A DNA stretch of 64,000 nucleotides from an uncultured Selenomonadales bacterium. Lineage in GTDB: Bacteria; Bacillota; Clostridia; Christensenellales; QALW01. Positions 37,279 through 48,631 of this stretch are shown in pieces. The position numbers were made by a program, and so were the translations under genes. The notes under the pieces were generated by a model that was not told the origin of the DNA, did not search any database, and saw only the letters and a program-made list of their open reading frames with translations. The stretch is from contig CAJKLB010000003.1 in assembly GCA_905200615.1 (NCBI GenBank), positions 5,692-69,691 of the forward strand, given 5' to 3'. The number at the start of each line of letters is the position of its first letter. Position 1 is the stretch's first letter.

Positions 37279-39183
37279 TTAATTTTCGGAATGATCCGTA
37301 TCGTTTTCCGGCTCTGTGTTCTGCTTTTTCTTCTTTTGCACAACAAGGATAACAACAGCGCCGATAATCACCACGCCGGCAACGCCCGCGGCAATATAAA
37401 TTCCAACAGATCCTTTATTATCCGTACCATTGTCAACAGAAGGCGTTCCAGAAGGATCGGATGACGTCGCAGGGGCGGAAGCGGTAGGATTCGATACGGC
37501 GGGCTGTGAAATCTCATCGGCATCCAGTGTCCATTCAGCGTCCGGACGCAGTACCTTTTGAATAGCGCGCAAACGCCGAGTATCACGCTTATAAGTTCCG
37601 TCTTCACGCAGTTCCGGCATACCGTCACGGTCTTCGTCAATAATGGTAGGACATAACCAGCCGCCCTCATCATGCTCATTCCAAGCGTAAATCAGCACAC
37701 TGTTAATATTGGATTGTTCCTTATGTTCATTATTAAAATCAATCGCATCCTGAAGCAATGCCGCAATCTCTTCCGCCGTTGCGGTTTCCGTCCAGCTGCT
37801 CTTATCGCTTGTAGGTCCTTCCCAACTTACGGGATGATCGATTCTCGGTCTGCGATCCCATCCGGTAGGCACTAAGGGAATGTACTGGACTCCGGAAAGC
37901 GTATCCGTCAGCCATTGCTGTTTGGCTTTTTCTGCCAGTTTACTGTACGGACTTTCGTCGCCCAGCCCGATCGCGTAATCACTGAAAGCGTCAAGTCCCA
38001 GCTCTTTACAATTCGCCGGCGTACTGCCGAACTGCTCAATTCCTATAATATACGGATTTTTCAGGCCGGCTTCCATACAAGCTTCCCGGAACTCATTGAC
38101 TCTGAACGTCGTCTGATTTCCGCCGTTATTTACATAAACCACGGGGCGTCCGTCGGCAACCTTAAGCCAAAAGCTTTCCTTAAGCAAAGCAATATTTTTC
38201 TCCAGTTCCTCTCCCTTAAGTGCCGAAATATCCCACATAGCAGTCATTTTCACGTCATCGCGATACTGGCTGGGGGGATGGAGCTGACGAGCCGTATCCA
38301 TACCGGATCCGTCCGCGTACCAGCAATACATAAAATAGTCAATGCCGGCTTCCTTGGCATACAGCATTTCCTGATCAAAAATTTCCTGTGTGTAATCGGG
38401 GAAAGTAATTTTCGTGGCACTTTCCACAATACCGAAGTACGGCATACGGAAATGATACTGCGTAGGCGATAAGCTGCGTACCATCTGCGCGCCGATATAA
38501 TCTTCCGGACTCTTTTCTCCGGCATTAAAGGTTTCCAGTTCAGGATTCAGCCACGCGTCCCAACGGATAGCGCCTACCAGCGTTTCTTCCGGTCGATTTT
38601 CAACCGCCTCTACGGGATAAGGCTCCACCATTCCCAGCGGTTCCTTTTTACCGTTGACTTTTTTTACGGAAAAATCATCGCAGTAATAGTCAAAAAGTTC
38701 GCCGTCGCTGCTCTGCAGGTACAGCAGGGCACTCTCTAATATTTCAGTGTACGGCAGATCTACCACACCTTTAATTGTAGTATAGCCGTCAGCATTTACC
38801 GTTCCCGCAACCTGCAGCCATTTTTGCTGCCCGTCAAATTTGCTGTTAAGAACAATCAGCATTTTACCGGAGCCCGGATCGGATTCTTTATCTACTTTTA
38901 CGCGCGCGCTCAGCTCGTATTGGCCGGGGCCCCACTGGTTCAGCACTTCGACTAACTCCTGGCTGGGAGAAGCCCAAGGTTCCTGACGGGCATAGACATA
39001 ACAAACCGAAGAACCGTCGTCTTCAATAGATATCGAGGCATTTGCCTGTACCTTCCAGTCATCCTCCCCCAGCTCAAAATCTCCGTTGGAAACCAGATTT
39101 TCCGACGGCTCTGCAAAAACAAGCATAACACCCTGTGCCATTATTACGCAAAGTACTAACAGCAGACAAAAGATTTTTTTCAT
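37279..39183 (-). CDS. secreted, C-terminally anchored protein: N-terminal CBM4/9-like module + GH99-like/WbsX-like TIM-barrel domain (tentative)
   Basis: Signal peptide MKKIFCLLLVLCVIMAQGVMLVFA. NLVSNGDFELGEDDWKV is CBM-like. IRWDAW, TGWDRRPR and YAWNEHDEGGW resemble GH99-like/WbsX-family motifs. A Ser/Pro/Thr linker precedes the tail ...GIYIAAGVAGVVIIGAVVILVVQKKKKQ. Confidence 0.75.
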   Translation of the reverse strand: MKKIFCLLLVLCVIMAQGVMLVFAEPSENLVSNGDFELGEDDWKVQANASISIEDDGSSVCYVYARQEPWASPSQELVEVLNQWGPGQYELSARVKVDKESDPGSGKMLIVLNSKFDGQQKWLQVAGTVNADGYTTIKGVVDLPYTEILESALLYLQSSDGELFDYYCDDFSVKKVNGKKEPLGMVEPYPVEAVENRPEETLVGAIRWDAWLNPELETFNAGEKSPEDYIGAQMVRSLSPTQYHFRMPYFGIVESATKITFPDYTQEIFDQEMLYAKEAGIDYFMYCWYADGSGMDTARQLHPPSQYRDDVKMTAMWDISALKGEELEKNIALLKESFWLKVADGRPVVYVNNGGNQTTFRVNEFREACMEAGLKNPYIIGIEQFGSTPANCKELGLDAFSDYAIGLGDESPYSKLAEKAKQQWLTDTLSGVQYIPLVPTGWDRRPRIDHPVSWEGPTSDKSSWTETATAEEIAALLQDAIDFNNEHKEQSNINSVLIYAWNEHDEGGWLCPTIIDEDRDGMPELREDGTYKRDTRRLRAIQKVLRPDAEWTLDADEISQPAVSNPTASAPATSSDPSGTPSVDNGTDNKGSVGIYIAAGVAGVVIIGAVVILVVQKKKKQNTEPENDTDHSEN

Positions 39184-39506
39184 TTTTTCACTCTCCTTGT
39201 ATCATTGTATGATTCGGTGTTGACTTTATTGTAACGAAAAGAGATACAGAAAGCAATACTAAAAAAAATTTTTTTACAGACAAGGAAGAATGAAGCATCC
39301 TCATCGGCGGCATATTTCTCATAAAAGGAATAAATACCAACTGAGTTTATGATAAGAATCTTTTCTATTGCTTCGATATCTTCATCTCCGCCTGTTTCCG
39401 TTCTGAAGCGACTCCTGTTTAAAACCAGTCTTATCCCGTATCTTTTCCTTATCTTTCAAGAAACTCTCTTTCATTCAGTTTTCAAAAAAATACTTCTTAT
39501 CTTCGC

Positions 39507-40619
39507 CTATACCACCGCGTTTTTTTCTACGGTAACAGGATAATTTTCCTGACCAATCAATCGTTTGTTTTTCCGAATGATAACGGATTTATCTAAAATC
39601 GTATTTTCCAGCCAGGCGCCGGCCTGCAGGAAAGAATCCTGCATAATAATACTGTTTTTTACCACCGCGCCTTTTTCAATCTGTACGCCGCGGAAAATGA
39701 TACTGTTTTCCACGGTACCGTTAATAATACACCCGTCAGCTACCATAGAATTTTTAATAACCACTTCTTCTCCGTATATCGTAGGCACTTTATCCTTAAC
39801 CTTGGTGTAAACCGGATCTCGTCCATCAAACAGCTGGGCGCTGATTTCAGGAGAAAGCATATCCATATTGCAGCGGAAGAAAGACTGGATGTTATGGACT
39901 CTTCCCGCGTAGCCGCTGTATTCAAAACCGAAAATTTTAAGCTTTTGCCTTTCCTTTTGAAGAACATCGGAAGCAAAATCATGCAGTCCGCGTGAAAGAC
40001 AGCGGCTGATATGATATTCCAAAAAATCCCGTTCCATAAAATAAATACCCATAGAAACCTGATCCGAAAAAGGACGTGACGCGTTAATTTCGATATCTGT
40101 TATCCGATTCGCTTGATCTGTCTGAACGCCTATATGTCGGTCATGCCTATCATTCGGGGGTGCGGTATAGTACATAAGAGTAATATCTGCGTCGTTTTCC
40201 TTATGAAAAGCCGCCAGGGAATCAAAGGTAGTGTTAAAAATAAAATCACTTCCGGAAAGCAGCACATATTTGCGGTTAGAGGCAGTGATATAATCCATAA
40301 TACTGTTGAGTACATCTAAATCGCCGCGCATTTCACGGGCGTCATGGCTCATATACGGCGGAAGTACTACCAAGCCGTGACGCTTTCGGTTCAAATCCCA
40401 TGCGGCACCGGAGCCGAGATGATCCATCAGAGAGCGGTAATGCGTTTGCGTGGGAATTCCCACACGGTCAATGCCGGAATTGACCATATTGGAAAGAATA
40501 AAATCCACCAGCCGATACCTTGAGGCCACCGGTACAGCGCCGATAGGACGACTGCTCGTAATTTCGCCAAGCTCCGGACCGCTGTTGCCGGCCATAATAA
40601 TTCCCAGCGTATCGTTCAT
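39507..40619 (-). CDS. glgD: glucose-1-phosphate adenylyltransferase, GlgD subunit
   Basis: Start moved to [12 protein letters not shown] (ATGA overlap with the glgC stop), giving 370 aa. It is a GlgC paralog without the GGxGxRL motif, as expected for GlgD. Confidence 0.9.
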   Translation of the reverse strand: MNDTLGIIMAGNSGPELGEITSSRPIGAVPVASRYRLVDFILSNMVNSGIDRVGIPTQTHYRSLMDHLGSGAAWDLNRKRHGLVVLPPYMSHDAREMRGDLDVLNSIMDYITASNRKYVLLSGSDFIFNTTFDSLAAFHKENDADITLMYYTAPPNDRHDRHIGVQTDQANRITDIEINASRPFSDQVSMGIYFMERDFLEYHISRCLSRGLHDFASDVLQKERQKLKIFGFEYSGYAGRVHNIQSFFRCNMDMLSPEISAQLFDGRDPVYTKVKDKVPTIYGEEVVIKNSMVADGCIINGTVENSIIFRGVQIEKGAVVKNSIIMQDSFLQAGAWLENTILDKSVIIRKNKRLIGQENYPVTVEKNAVV

Positions 40620-41845
40620 TGCATACCGCCTCCTAAAATATCCTGTTCCACCATCATTTCCGATCCTACCCGGACGTCCGGACCGATTTTCACCCGGTCT
40701 CCGATCAACGTAATTCCATGCGTGCACATTTTGTTTTTCACCCAAGGAATATTGGGTTTTTCACTGCCGATTACGGCGTTTTCGCCGATATCGCAATGAT
40801 TGGAAATCACGGCTCTTTCTACTTTAGCGTTTTTATGAACTACCGTGTAAGGCAGCACAATGGAGTTTTTTACCGCAGCACCTTCTTCTACGACGGCTCC
40901 GGAGAAGAGCACGCTGTGCTCCACCGTGCCGTAAACCTTGCAGCCTTCGGTAATACAGCAATTTTTTACCGTCGCGCCGGGAGAAATATAATGTCCCGGC
41001 AAACCTTCGTTGCGCGAATAAATGCACCAATGTTCGTCATAAAGATTTAGCAGAGGATTTGTCCCCAGCATATCCATATTTGCTTCCCATAGACTGTAAA
41101 CGGTGCCCACGTCTTTCCAATACCCCTCAAAGGAATAGGCATACATATTCAAGCCGTCACGGAGCATGGCAGGAATCACGTCTTTTCCGAAATCTTTAGA
41201 AGAATCCGGGTTTTCCTCGTCGGCTTTTAAATATTCTTTTAAAATTTTCCAAGAAAAAATATAGACACCCATACTCGCCAATGTACCGGCAGGCTCTTCG
41301 GGCTTTTCGGCGAAATGATAGATTTTTCCGTTTTCATCGGTGCTCATAATGCCGTAACGGCTGGCCTCTTCAATCGGTACGTTAAACACCGCAATCGTGA
41401 CATCGGCTCCCTTTTCTTTATGCTGGTTAAGCATTCGTCGATAATCCATCTTATAAATATGATCGCCCGAGAGCACCAACACATATTCCGGTGAAAATTG
41501 TTCAATAAACGGTGTATTCTGATAAATGGCATTCGCCGTTCCCTTATACCATTCTCCGGTTTTTCCTTTTACGTAAGGCGGCAGTACAAAAGCACCTCCG
41601 CGCAGCCGATCCATATCCCAAGGCTGACCGCTGCCGATATAGGTATTCAGTTCCAGCGGCCGGTATTGCGTAAGCACGCCCACCGTGTAAATGCCGGAAT
41701 TCGCGCAATTACTCAGCGGAAAATCAATAATTTTATACTTGCCGCCGAAAGGCACCGCCGGCTTTGCAATTTCTTTGGTAAGTGCGCCAAGCCGGCTTCC
41801 CTGTCCGCCGGCAAGCAGCATGGCGACACATTCACTGCTGTACAT
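40616..41845 (-). CDS. glgC: glucose-1-phosphate adenylyltransferase
   Basis: [31 protein letters not shown] and a C-terminal left-handed beta-helix. Start taken at MYSSE (GGAGGA 10 nt upstream); the upstream TTG is too close to the RBS. Confidence 0.93.
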   Translation of the reverse strand: MYSSECVAMLLAGGQGSRLGALTKEIAKPAVPFGGKYKIIDFPLSNCANSGIYTVGVLTQYRPLELNTYIGSGQPWDMDRLRGGAFVLPPYVKGKTGEWYKGTANAIYQNTPFIEQFSPEYVLVLSGDHIYKMDYRRMLNQHKEKGADVTIAVFNVPIEEASRYGIMSTDENGKIYHFAEKPEEPAGTLASMGVYIFSWKILKEYLKADEENPDSSKDFGKDVIPAMLRDGLNMYAYSFEGYWKDVGTVYSLWEANMDMLGTNPLLNLYDEHWCIYSRNEGLPGHYISPGATVKNCCITEGCKVYGTVEHSVLFSGAVVEEGAAVKNSIVLPYTVVHKNAKVERAVISNHCDIGENAVIGSEKPNIPWVKNKMCTHGITLIGDRVKIGPDVRVGSEMMVEQDILGGGMQ

Positions 41846-41871
41846 AATGGGCAAATCCTCCCATAAACAAA

Positions 41872-43767
41872 TTAATCCTCCAATTTATAAAACAACACCG
41901 ACATCGGCGGAAGCGTGGCACGAAGCCGCCTCGGAAATTCTTCCGCGTCCTCATCGGTAACCAGCTGATCCAAAACCGCCGATCCCTCGCCGCCATAGAG
42001 TTTCTCATCACTATTCAGCAGCAGCGTATACTTTCCGGCTTTCGGCGCCGTAAGCCAATAGTCAAAACGGGCTACAGGCGTCATATTAATCACCGCCATC
42101 ACCGTTTCCCCGCCGCCGTAGCGCGCCATGGAAAACACACTCTGCGCAGCGTCATCGGCATTGATCCACTCAAAACCCTCCCAGGTGTCATCCTGCGCCC
42201 AAAGCGCGGGCTGTTCGCGGTAGAGTGCCAGCAGCGCCTTCACAAACAAATACAATCCGCGGTGGGTTTCATACTGCAAAAGCTTCCATTCAATCTGCTC
42301 ATAATACCGCCATTCTATAAATTGACCGATCTCGCAGCCCATAAACAGCAGTTTTTTGCCCGGATGCGCAAACATATAGCCCAAATACGCCTTTTCGGAA
42401 GCAAACTTTTGATAATATTCCCCGTACATTTTATCCAGCAGACTCTTTTTGCCATGTACACATTCGTCATGGGAAATCGGCAGGATATAATGCTCGTTAT
42501 AGGCATACATCATAGAAAAAGTCATATTGTTATGCATGCCGCTGCGGTACACCGGATCGGTCTGCATATAGGCAAGCGTATCATTCATCCAGCCCATATT
42601 CCATTTATAAGTAAAGCCCAGGCCACCCTCGGTCACCGCATGGGTCACCTTAGGGAAATCCCCGGATTCCTCGGCAATCATCATTACCCCCGGGAATTCC
42701 TCCGCCACAACGGAATTCAGCGTTTTAACAAACTCCACAGCCGCCAGATTCTCACGGCCGCCATACCCGTTGGGCTGCCATTGCTGCCGGCCGTAATCCA
42801 AATACAGCATACTGCTGACGGCGTCTACCCGTAAGCCGTCAATATGGAATTCCTTCAGCCAGAATAACGCGTTCGCCGTTAAAAACTGCCGAACCATAGA
42901 AGAAGAAAAGTCAAACTGTAGCGTTCCCCATTGCGCCGGGCAGGCTTCGGAGGAAGCATCCTCGTAAAGAGGCGTGCCGTCAAAACACCGAAGGCCGTGT
43001 TCATCTTTGGGAAAATGCCCCGGCACCCAATCCAGAATCACGCCGATACCGCTGCCATGCATAGTATCTACAAAGTATTTAAAATCCTCAGGAGTACCGT
43101 ATCGTGAGGTAGGCGCGTAATATCCGGTAACCTGATAGCCCCAGGAACCGTCAAAAGGATGCTCGGCAATGGGCAGAAGTTCTACGTGAGTATATTTATT
43201 TTCTTTAATATACTGTACCAGCGCGTCCGCTACTTCCCGATAAGAAAGCATCGCATTATCATGCCCCCGCATCCAGGAGCCCATATGGAATTCATAAATG
43301 GCCATAGGCTCATTTTTTTCCGGCGGCGCGCTGTGGCGGATGCGCCATTGCAGATCATGCCAGCGGTACGTATCGGTATAAGTGCGCGAAGCCGTTCCGG
43401 GCCGAAGCTCACTGTATCGAGCCATGGGATCCGCTTTATATACTATTCGGTCATCCTGCGTCAGAATACAATATTTATATAAAGCGCCCGTCTGCACACC
43501 TTCCACATAAGCTTCCCAAAATCCGGTGTCGGGAATCCGTTTCATCGGATTAGCTCCCGCCTGCCAGGCATTGAAATCTCCCGCTACACTCACGCCTTTG
43601 GCATGAGGCGCCCATACGCAAAAATAGTATCCGTCAATCAACCCGGTACTGTTAAACACGGGGCGTGCGCCCAAAATCTCATCTAAATTCCGATGGGTTC
43701 CCTCACAGGCAAGATACAAATCAAAATCACTGATCATTTTGCTTTTTGTAAAATTTTCTTTTCCCAT
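41872..43767 (-). CDS. glgB: 1,4-alpha-glucan branching enzyme (GH13)
   Basis: 631 aa. [29 protein letters not shown] and PISHDE match conserved GH13 regions I-IV. Confidence 0.95.
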   Translation of the reverse strand: MGKENFTKSKMISDFDLYLACEGTHRNLDEILGARPVFNSTGLIDGYYFCVWAPHAKGVSVAGDFNAWQAGANPMKRIPDTGFWEAYVEGVQTGALYKYCILTQDDRIVYKADPMARYSELRPGTASRTYTDTYRWHDLQWRIRHSAPPEKNEPMAIYEFHMGSWMRGHDNAMLSYREVADALVQYIKENKYTHVELLPIAEHPFDGSWGYQVTGYYAPTSRYGTPEDFKYFVDTMHGSGIGVILDWVPGHFPKDEHGLRCFDGTPLYEDASSEACPAQWGTLQFDFSSSMVRQFLTANALFWLKEFHIDGLRVDAVSSMLYLDYGRQQWQPNGYGGRENLAAVEFVKTLNSVVAEEFPGVMMIAEESGDFPKVTHAVTEGGLGFTYKWNMGWMNDTLAYMQTDPVYRSGMHNNMTFSMMYAYNEHYILPISHDECVHGKKSLLDKMYGEYYQKFASEKAYLGYMFAHPGKKLLFMGCEIGQFIEWRYYEQIEWKLLQYETHRGLYLFVKALLALYREQPALWAQDDTWEGFEWINADDAAQSVFSMARYGGGETVMAVINMTPVARFDYWLTAPKAGKYTLLLNSDEKLYGGEGSAVLDQLVTDEDAEEFPRRLRATLPPMSVLFYKLED

Positions 43768-43933
43768 TTGCCGGCAGCCTCCTATTTCTTTTCTTTATTT
43801 ATATTGTAGCAAAACGAATTTTGCCTGTCAATAACGGCAAAATAATTTCTTTGGCATTTATTCACTGATTTTTAATATTTTTTTGTATATTTTACCTGAA
43901 CAGGGCAAAAATAATGAACGGAGGTGTTAAATA

Positions 43934-44665
43934 ATGAATCTTGGATCGATCAAAGACAAATCGGGCAAGGCTGACTTAAAAAAGACAACCATTAAAAAAA
44001 TATGCGCTGCCGCGGCGGTATGCTGTGTAGCAGTAATTGCCGTTACGGCGGCGGTATCCCTTACCAATAAGCAGCCTCAGGAGGAAATTCCCGTAATTGT
44101 AGCTCCTACGCCCACCGATTCGACGCAAACCGGTTCCAACGCGCAAGTTGTACCGGATAATAACGACAGCGTCGATAACAACAGCGGTCAAACCAATGAC
44201 AGCAAAACCGAAACCGAAACGTCAACCAATGTAAACGTAGCGCAAAAAATGCTGCTTCCCGTTTCTTCAGGCAATGTATTGAAAGGATATGCTTCGGATA
44301 TGCTGGTATATTCCAGCACACTGAAACATTGGTCCACGCATACCGGCCTTGATATTGCCGCGGAACAAGGGGCGGAAGTTTTTGCCGCGCTTGACGGAAC
44401 AGTAACCAAAGTAGAAGAAAATGATCTAATGGGATTAACCATAACCATTGAGCATGACGACGGTTATCAAACGGTATATGCTTCACTTGACAGTTTGGCC
44501 GACGGTATCGCCGAGGGCGCAACCGTATTAAGAGGTCAGGTAATCGGAGCGGTAGGAACCTCTGCGGCCATTGAAGTAGACGACGGACCGCACCTGCATT
44601 TTGAAGTATACAGCGACGGTGCCATCGTCAATCCGCAAACGTATTTAAGCGACCTGATCAAATAA
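43934..44665 (+). CDS. M23 family metallopeptidase (LytM domain) with an N-terminal membrane anchor
   Basis: TM helix ICAAAAVCCVAVIAVTAAV. HTGLDIAA...GPHLHFEV is the HxxxD/HxH motif set. Confidence 0.9.
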   Translation: MNLGSIKDKSGKADLKKTTIKKICAAAAVCCVAVIAVTAAVSLTNKQPQEEIPVIVAPTPTDSTQTGSNAQVVPDNNDSVDNNSGQTNDSKTETETSTNVNVAQKMLLPVSSGNVLKGYASDMLVYSSTLKHWSTHTGLDIAAEQGAEVFAALDGTVTKVEENDLMGLTITIEHDDGYQTVYASLDSLADGIAEGATVLRGQVIGAVGTSAAIEVDDGPHLHFEVYSDGAIVNPQTYLSDLIK

Positions 44666-44955
44666 TAAAACTGAATACTTTAGAGAAAAACGGCAGCCTT
44701 CCCCAAACGGAAGGCTGCTTAATTTTTTCTCCTATAAAGAAAATTGACGGCAAAACAATAAATTCGAAAACATAAAAATGAAACTTTTTCCAAATACCGC
44801 GCCGGCGCTTCGTCCTCGATTGATCTGCCTTCTTGATACAAACCGCTTTTCCCCGACTCTTTTGGGCAAACAACCTGCTTTTGTCCTTTTTGATTGAAAC
44901 AAACGATTTTCCATATTCCCGGTCTTTTTTCTCTATCTGCCCAAAACCATATTTG

Positions 44956-45792
44956 CTATAATATCTGTGTATCGGAGGAGTTTCGTGCCTGTTTGCGATA
45001 TTTCCCGGGGGACAGTCCCGTTTTGCGCGTAAAAACTCTGGAAAAATAGCTTTGATCGGGAAAGCCGCAGGCAACGGCGATATGGTACACCGAAGCGTCG
45101 GTGGAAGCAAGCCTTTTTTTTGCCTGCTCAATGCGGATTTCCGTCAAAAAATGATTAATGGAAACGCCGAAAGCGTTTTCAAACGTACTGATTACCGTTG
45201 ATTTGCTGTAATGAAAATGTGAGCAAAGCATACCGATGGAAATTTTCCGGGCATAGTTTTGGGCAATATATTGCTTCAGTCTTTCGGCCAGATCGCCCCG
45301 CGGAGCATCCACCGCGTTGGAAAGCGTCAGATATTGAGCGCACACCGTCATAATTTGGGCAAAAGATTGAATCGTTTCTTTTTTCAGAACCGGAATCGAG
45401 GAAACGGCTTTTTTCAATTCTTTTTCCGGACAGTACGCGGCCGCCTTACAAAATGCTTCCTGCCGATCTTTCTCCGCTGCGCAAAGCACTTGTCCCATCA
45501 TCAGATACCCTGCCGGAATCCCAAAATTGTACAGCGGGCTTACCGCTTCAAAAAGACCGAAGCGGCATTTATACTGATACAGTTTGCCTGTTTCCGCGGC
45601 GGCCTTGAACGCGTTTTTATCCGCCTGAACGCAGCATTGCCGCGCTGCAGGATTTTTTTGAACCAGCGCGCAGAAAGGCGTGACTTTTTCAGGATACGCC
45701 GCAATTTCATGAAAATCCATATCATGCAGCGAAATGCGGAATCCCGAAACTTCATGCAACGCCTTAAGCACACAAAGGATCTCTGAGTTCAT
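44956..45792 (-). CDS. AraC family regulator with N-terminal PocR-type sensor domain
   Basis: N-terminal LKALHEVSGFRISLHDMDF...FCALVQ...C is PocR-like. The C-terminal AraC HTH reads ...IAVACGFPDQSYFSRVFTRKTGLSPGKYR. Confidence 0.85.
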   Translation of the reverse strand: MNSEILCVLKALHEVSGFRISLHDMDFHEIAAYPEKVTPFCALVQKNPAARQCCVQADKNAFKAAAETGKLYQYKCRFGLFEAVSPLYNFGIPAGYLMMGQVLCAAEKDRQEAFCKAAAYCPEKELKKAVSSIPVLKKETIQSFAQIMTVCAQYLTLSNAVDAPRGDLAERLKQYIAQNYARKISIGMLCSHFHYSKSTVISTFENAFGVSINHFLTEIRIEQAKKRLASTDASVYHIAVACGFPDQSYFSRVFTRKTGLSPGKYRKQARNSSDTQIL

Positions 45793-45875
45793 AGTATGTT
45801 CTCCTTATAAAAAAGATAAGAGCAATAATACGAAAGAATTATAGTATAAATTATAAAAAAAGGAAAGTCTGTTTT

Positions 45876-46952
45876 ATGGAAAAAATCAAAACTGTTTTAT
45901 CATTCTTCGGCATTGACGCGCAGAATGCCCAATACTGTCCCTATGGCAGCGGACATATCAACGACACCTATCTGGTAACGGCAAAGGATCAGTATATTCT
46001 TCAGCGTATCAATACCGAGGTATTCCATGATGTCGAAGGCCTAATGCGCAATATTTTTCTTATCACCCGCTTTCTGCGCAAAAAAATTCTTGCCCGCGGC
46101 GGGGATGTCTCGCGGGAAACGCTTACGCTGATACCAAGTACCGACGGCAGAAATTATATTACCGACGCGGAAAATAACTGCTGGCGTATGTATGGCTTTA
46201 TCCGAGATTCCGTCAGCCTGGATCAGGCGCAGACACCGCAGGATTTTTACGCCAGCGGCGAGGCATTCGGGTCTTTTCAGCATCAGCTGATAGATTTTGA
46301 CGCGTCGCTCCTGACCGAAACCATTCCCAATTTTCACAACACACAAAAGCGTTATGAAACCTTTATTGCCGCAGAAGCCGAAGCCGCGCCGCAGCGCAGG
46401 CAAAAAGCCGCGGCGGAAATTGAGGAATTCCGAAAACGTTTTGAAAAAATTATTTCCGTTCAGGCGAAAAGTCGGCGGCTTCCGCTTCGGGTAACGCATA
46501 ACGATACCAAGCTGAACAACGTAATGCTGGATCGTTCTTCCCGCCGGCCGCTGTGCGTAATCGACTTGGACACCGTAATGCCGGGCACCGCAATCTATGA
46601 TTTCGGTGATTCCATTCGTTTCGGCGCCAGTACCGCGGTCGAGGACGAAACGGATTTAAAAAAAGTAACGTTAGACATGCGTTTATTCCAAGCATACTCC
46701 CAAGGCTTTTTGAAGGGCTGCGCCGACACACTGACAGTACAGGAGAAAGAAATGCTGCCCGAAGGCGCGTGGATGATGACGCTGGAATGCGGAATCCGCT
46801 TTTTGACCGATTATCTGCAAAACGATATCTATTTTAAAATTCACCGACCCGAACATAATCTGGATCGCTGCCGTACACAGCTGAAGCTTTTAGGCGAAAT
46901 GGAAAAAAATATGGATTCTATGCGCGGTATCCTTGCGCAAATAAAAGAATAA
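45876..46952 (+). CDS. APH-fold sugar kinase, N-acetylhexosamine 1-kinase (NahK)-like
   Basis: 358 aa. YGSGHINDTYLV, VTHNDTKLNNVMLD and VIDLDTVMPG match the NahK/APH catalytic-loop pattern. Confidence 0.72.
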   Translation: MEKIKTVLSFFGIDAQNAQYCPYGSGHINDTYLVTAKDQYILQRINTEVFHDVEGLMRNIFLITRFLRKKILARGGDVSRETLTLIPSTDGRNYITDAENNCWRMYGFIRDSVSLDQAQTPQDFYASGEAFGSFQHQLIDFDASLLTETIPNFHNTQKRYETFIAAEAEAAPQRRQKAAAEIEEFRKRFEKIISVQAKSRRLPLRVTHNDTKLNNVMLDRSSRRPLCVIDLDTVMPGTAIYDFGDSIRFGASTAVEDETDLKKVTLDMRLFQAYSQGFLKGCADTLTVQEKEMLPEGAWMMTLECGIRFLTDYLQNDIYFKIHRPEHNLDRCRTQLKLLGEMEKNMDSMRGILAQIKE

Positions 46953-46966
46953 AGGAGATAGGGCTT

Positions 46967-48631
46967 ATGTTAAAAACGCGAATCGTATCTTCTCTTGAAA
47001 AATGTTTTTTGGATACGCCGCCGGAACTCTTCGAAGCCATACAAGAGGAAAGAATTTTTCAAAATCAAAGATATTCCTTTCAGCTTTTGGTTTCCTGTGA
47101 TATCGGCGATCGTATTCCGGTCTTGCCTCAGATTGACGCCGGTGGGCTGACTCCGTATATAACGATACGAGAGGTTATTCCTATTCCGGCAGATTTCCCC
47201 GCGCAGCCGGATCATGATGACAGCTATCTGCGTGACACGCCCGGTTTGTATCCTGATTTGCTGCGCCCTCTGCACTATGACGGACATCTGCAAATGTTTC
47301 TGGGGCAAACACGGGCTCTATGGATTGACATTACGCCGAATGAAACAATCTCCGGCCGTTTCCCCGTTACCATTCAACTATTCTCCGGCAGAAAACTCTA
47401 CGGAACCGGAGAGCTTTTGGCGCAGGAAACCTTTACGGTGGAAATTGTTCCCGTATCGCTTCCGCCGCAGGATCTGATCTTTACGCAATGGTTTTACGCC
47501 GATTGCCTGGCGGATTTCTATCATGTACCGGTTTTCAGCCCAAAACATTGGGAAATATGCGAAAACTTTATGCGCACGGCCGCAGCGGGCGGCAGAAACA
47601 TGATACTGACGCCGGTATTCGGCTATCTGCTGGATACCTTCCCCGGAACCCATCGTACGCATGTGCAGCTGGTGTCTGTTTTTTGGGAAAACGAACACTA
47701 TCGTTTCGACTATCAAAACTTAGACAGGTGGTTAGACCTATGCAAAAAATGCGGATTTCGGTATTATGAAATCTCCCATCTGTTCACGCAGTGGGGTGCC
47801 TCCTTCGCGCCGATGGTAGAAGTAAGGAAAAACGGCAAAAAAGAAAGGATGTTCGGGTGGAACACCGACGGAACAGATCCGGAATACGCCGTATTTCTGC
47901 GAGCTTTTCTCAAAGATTTTCTGCGGCATATGAAAGCGCGCGGGGAAGATAAAAAATGCTGGTTTCATCTTTCGGATGAGCCTCAGCAGCAGCACTTGGA
48001 ACATTATAAAAAAGCGAAAGCGATCGTAGCGGATATTTTACAAGGCTATCCGATCCTTGACGCGCTTTCCAACTATAATTTTTATGCGCAGGGGTTAGTG
48101 GATCATCCGGTACCGGTACTGCATCATCTGCAGCCGTTTCTTGAGAATCACGTACCCGCGCTTTGGACCTATTACTGCGGGGGCAATCCGGCAGGCTACA
48201 GCAACGCGCTCCTTGCAATGGCGTCAGCCCGAACACGCTTTTTAGGTACGCAGCTTTATAAATATGACATCAAGGGTTTTCTTCATTGGGGATATAATTT
48301 TTACAACAACCGATGGTCATTTAATCCTATCGATCCGTTTTTAAATTCCGGCGGAGAAGGGTTCGCGGTAAGCGGTGACTGCTATTGGGTGTATCCCGAA
48401 AGCGACGGAACCGCGTTAGAATCTTTGCGCGGCATGGCTTTTTACCAGGGTATTGAAGATACGCGCGCCATGAAACTCTGTGAAAAATATTACGGCAAGC
48501 AGCGTGTGATAGAAGAAATAGAGACCATTTGCGGTCCGGTGGAATTCAGCAACAGCATTCATGAAACAAGCATAATGCGGCGTATTCGAAAACGCGTTGA
48601 CGATATGATCTTTGACGCAGTGCAAAAATAA
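46967..48631 (+). CDS. DUF4091 / GH123-like glycoside hydrolase (beta-N-acetylgalactosaminidase family), cytoplasmic
   Basis: 554 aa with no signal peptide. The overall pattern (…FTQWFYADCLADFY…, …WFHLSDEP…, …HWGYNF…) resembles DUF4091 proteins, which I recall correspond to GH123. Confidence 0.6.
   Translation: MLKTRIVSSLEKCFLDTPPELFEAIQEERIFQNQRYSFQLLVSCDIGDRIPVLPQIDAGGLTPYITIREVIPIPADFPAQPDHDDSYLRDTPGLYPDLLRPLHYDGHLQMFLGQTRALWIDITPNETISGRFPVTIQLFSGRKLYGTGELLAQETFTVEIVPVSLPPQDLIFTQWFYADCLADFYHVPVFSPKHWEICENFMRTAAAGGRNMILTPVFGYLLDTFPGTHRTHVQLVSVFWENEHYRFDYQNLDRWLDLCKKCGFRYYEISHLFTQWGASFAPMVEVRKNGKKERMFGWNTDGTDPEYAVFLRAFLKDFLRHMKARGEDKKCWFHLSDEPQQQHLEHYKKAKAIVADILQGYPILDALSNYNFYAQGLVDHPVPVLHHLQPFLENHVPALWTYYCGGNPAGYSNALLAMASARTRFLGTQLYKYDIKGFLHWGYNFYNNRWSFNPIDPFLNSGGEGFAVSGDCYWVYPESDGTALESLRGMAFYQGIEDTRAMKLCEKYYGKQRVIEEIETICGPVEFSNSIHETSIMRRIRKRVDDMIFDAVQK

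Noticed and set aside
39184-43767. The glgB-glgC-glgD operon lacks glgA and glgP in the window. I considered whether this is a degraded glycogen pathway.
   Set aside because: The three genes are intact and tightly coupled. glgA and glgP are often encoded elsewhere, so absence from a 64 kb window is not evidence of loss.
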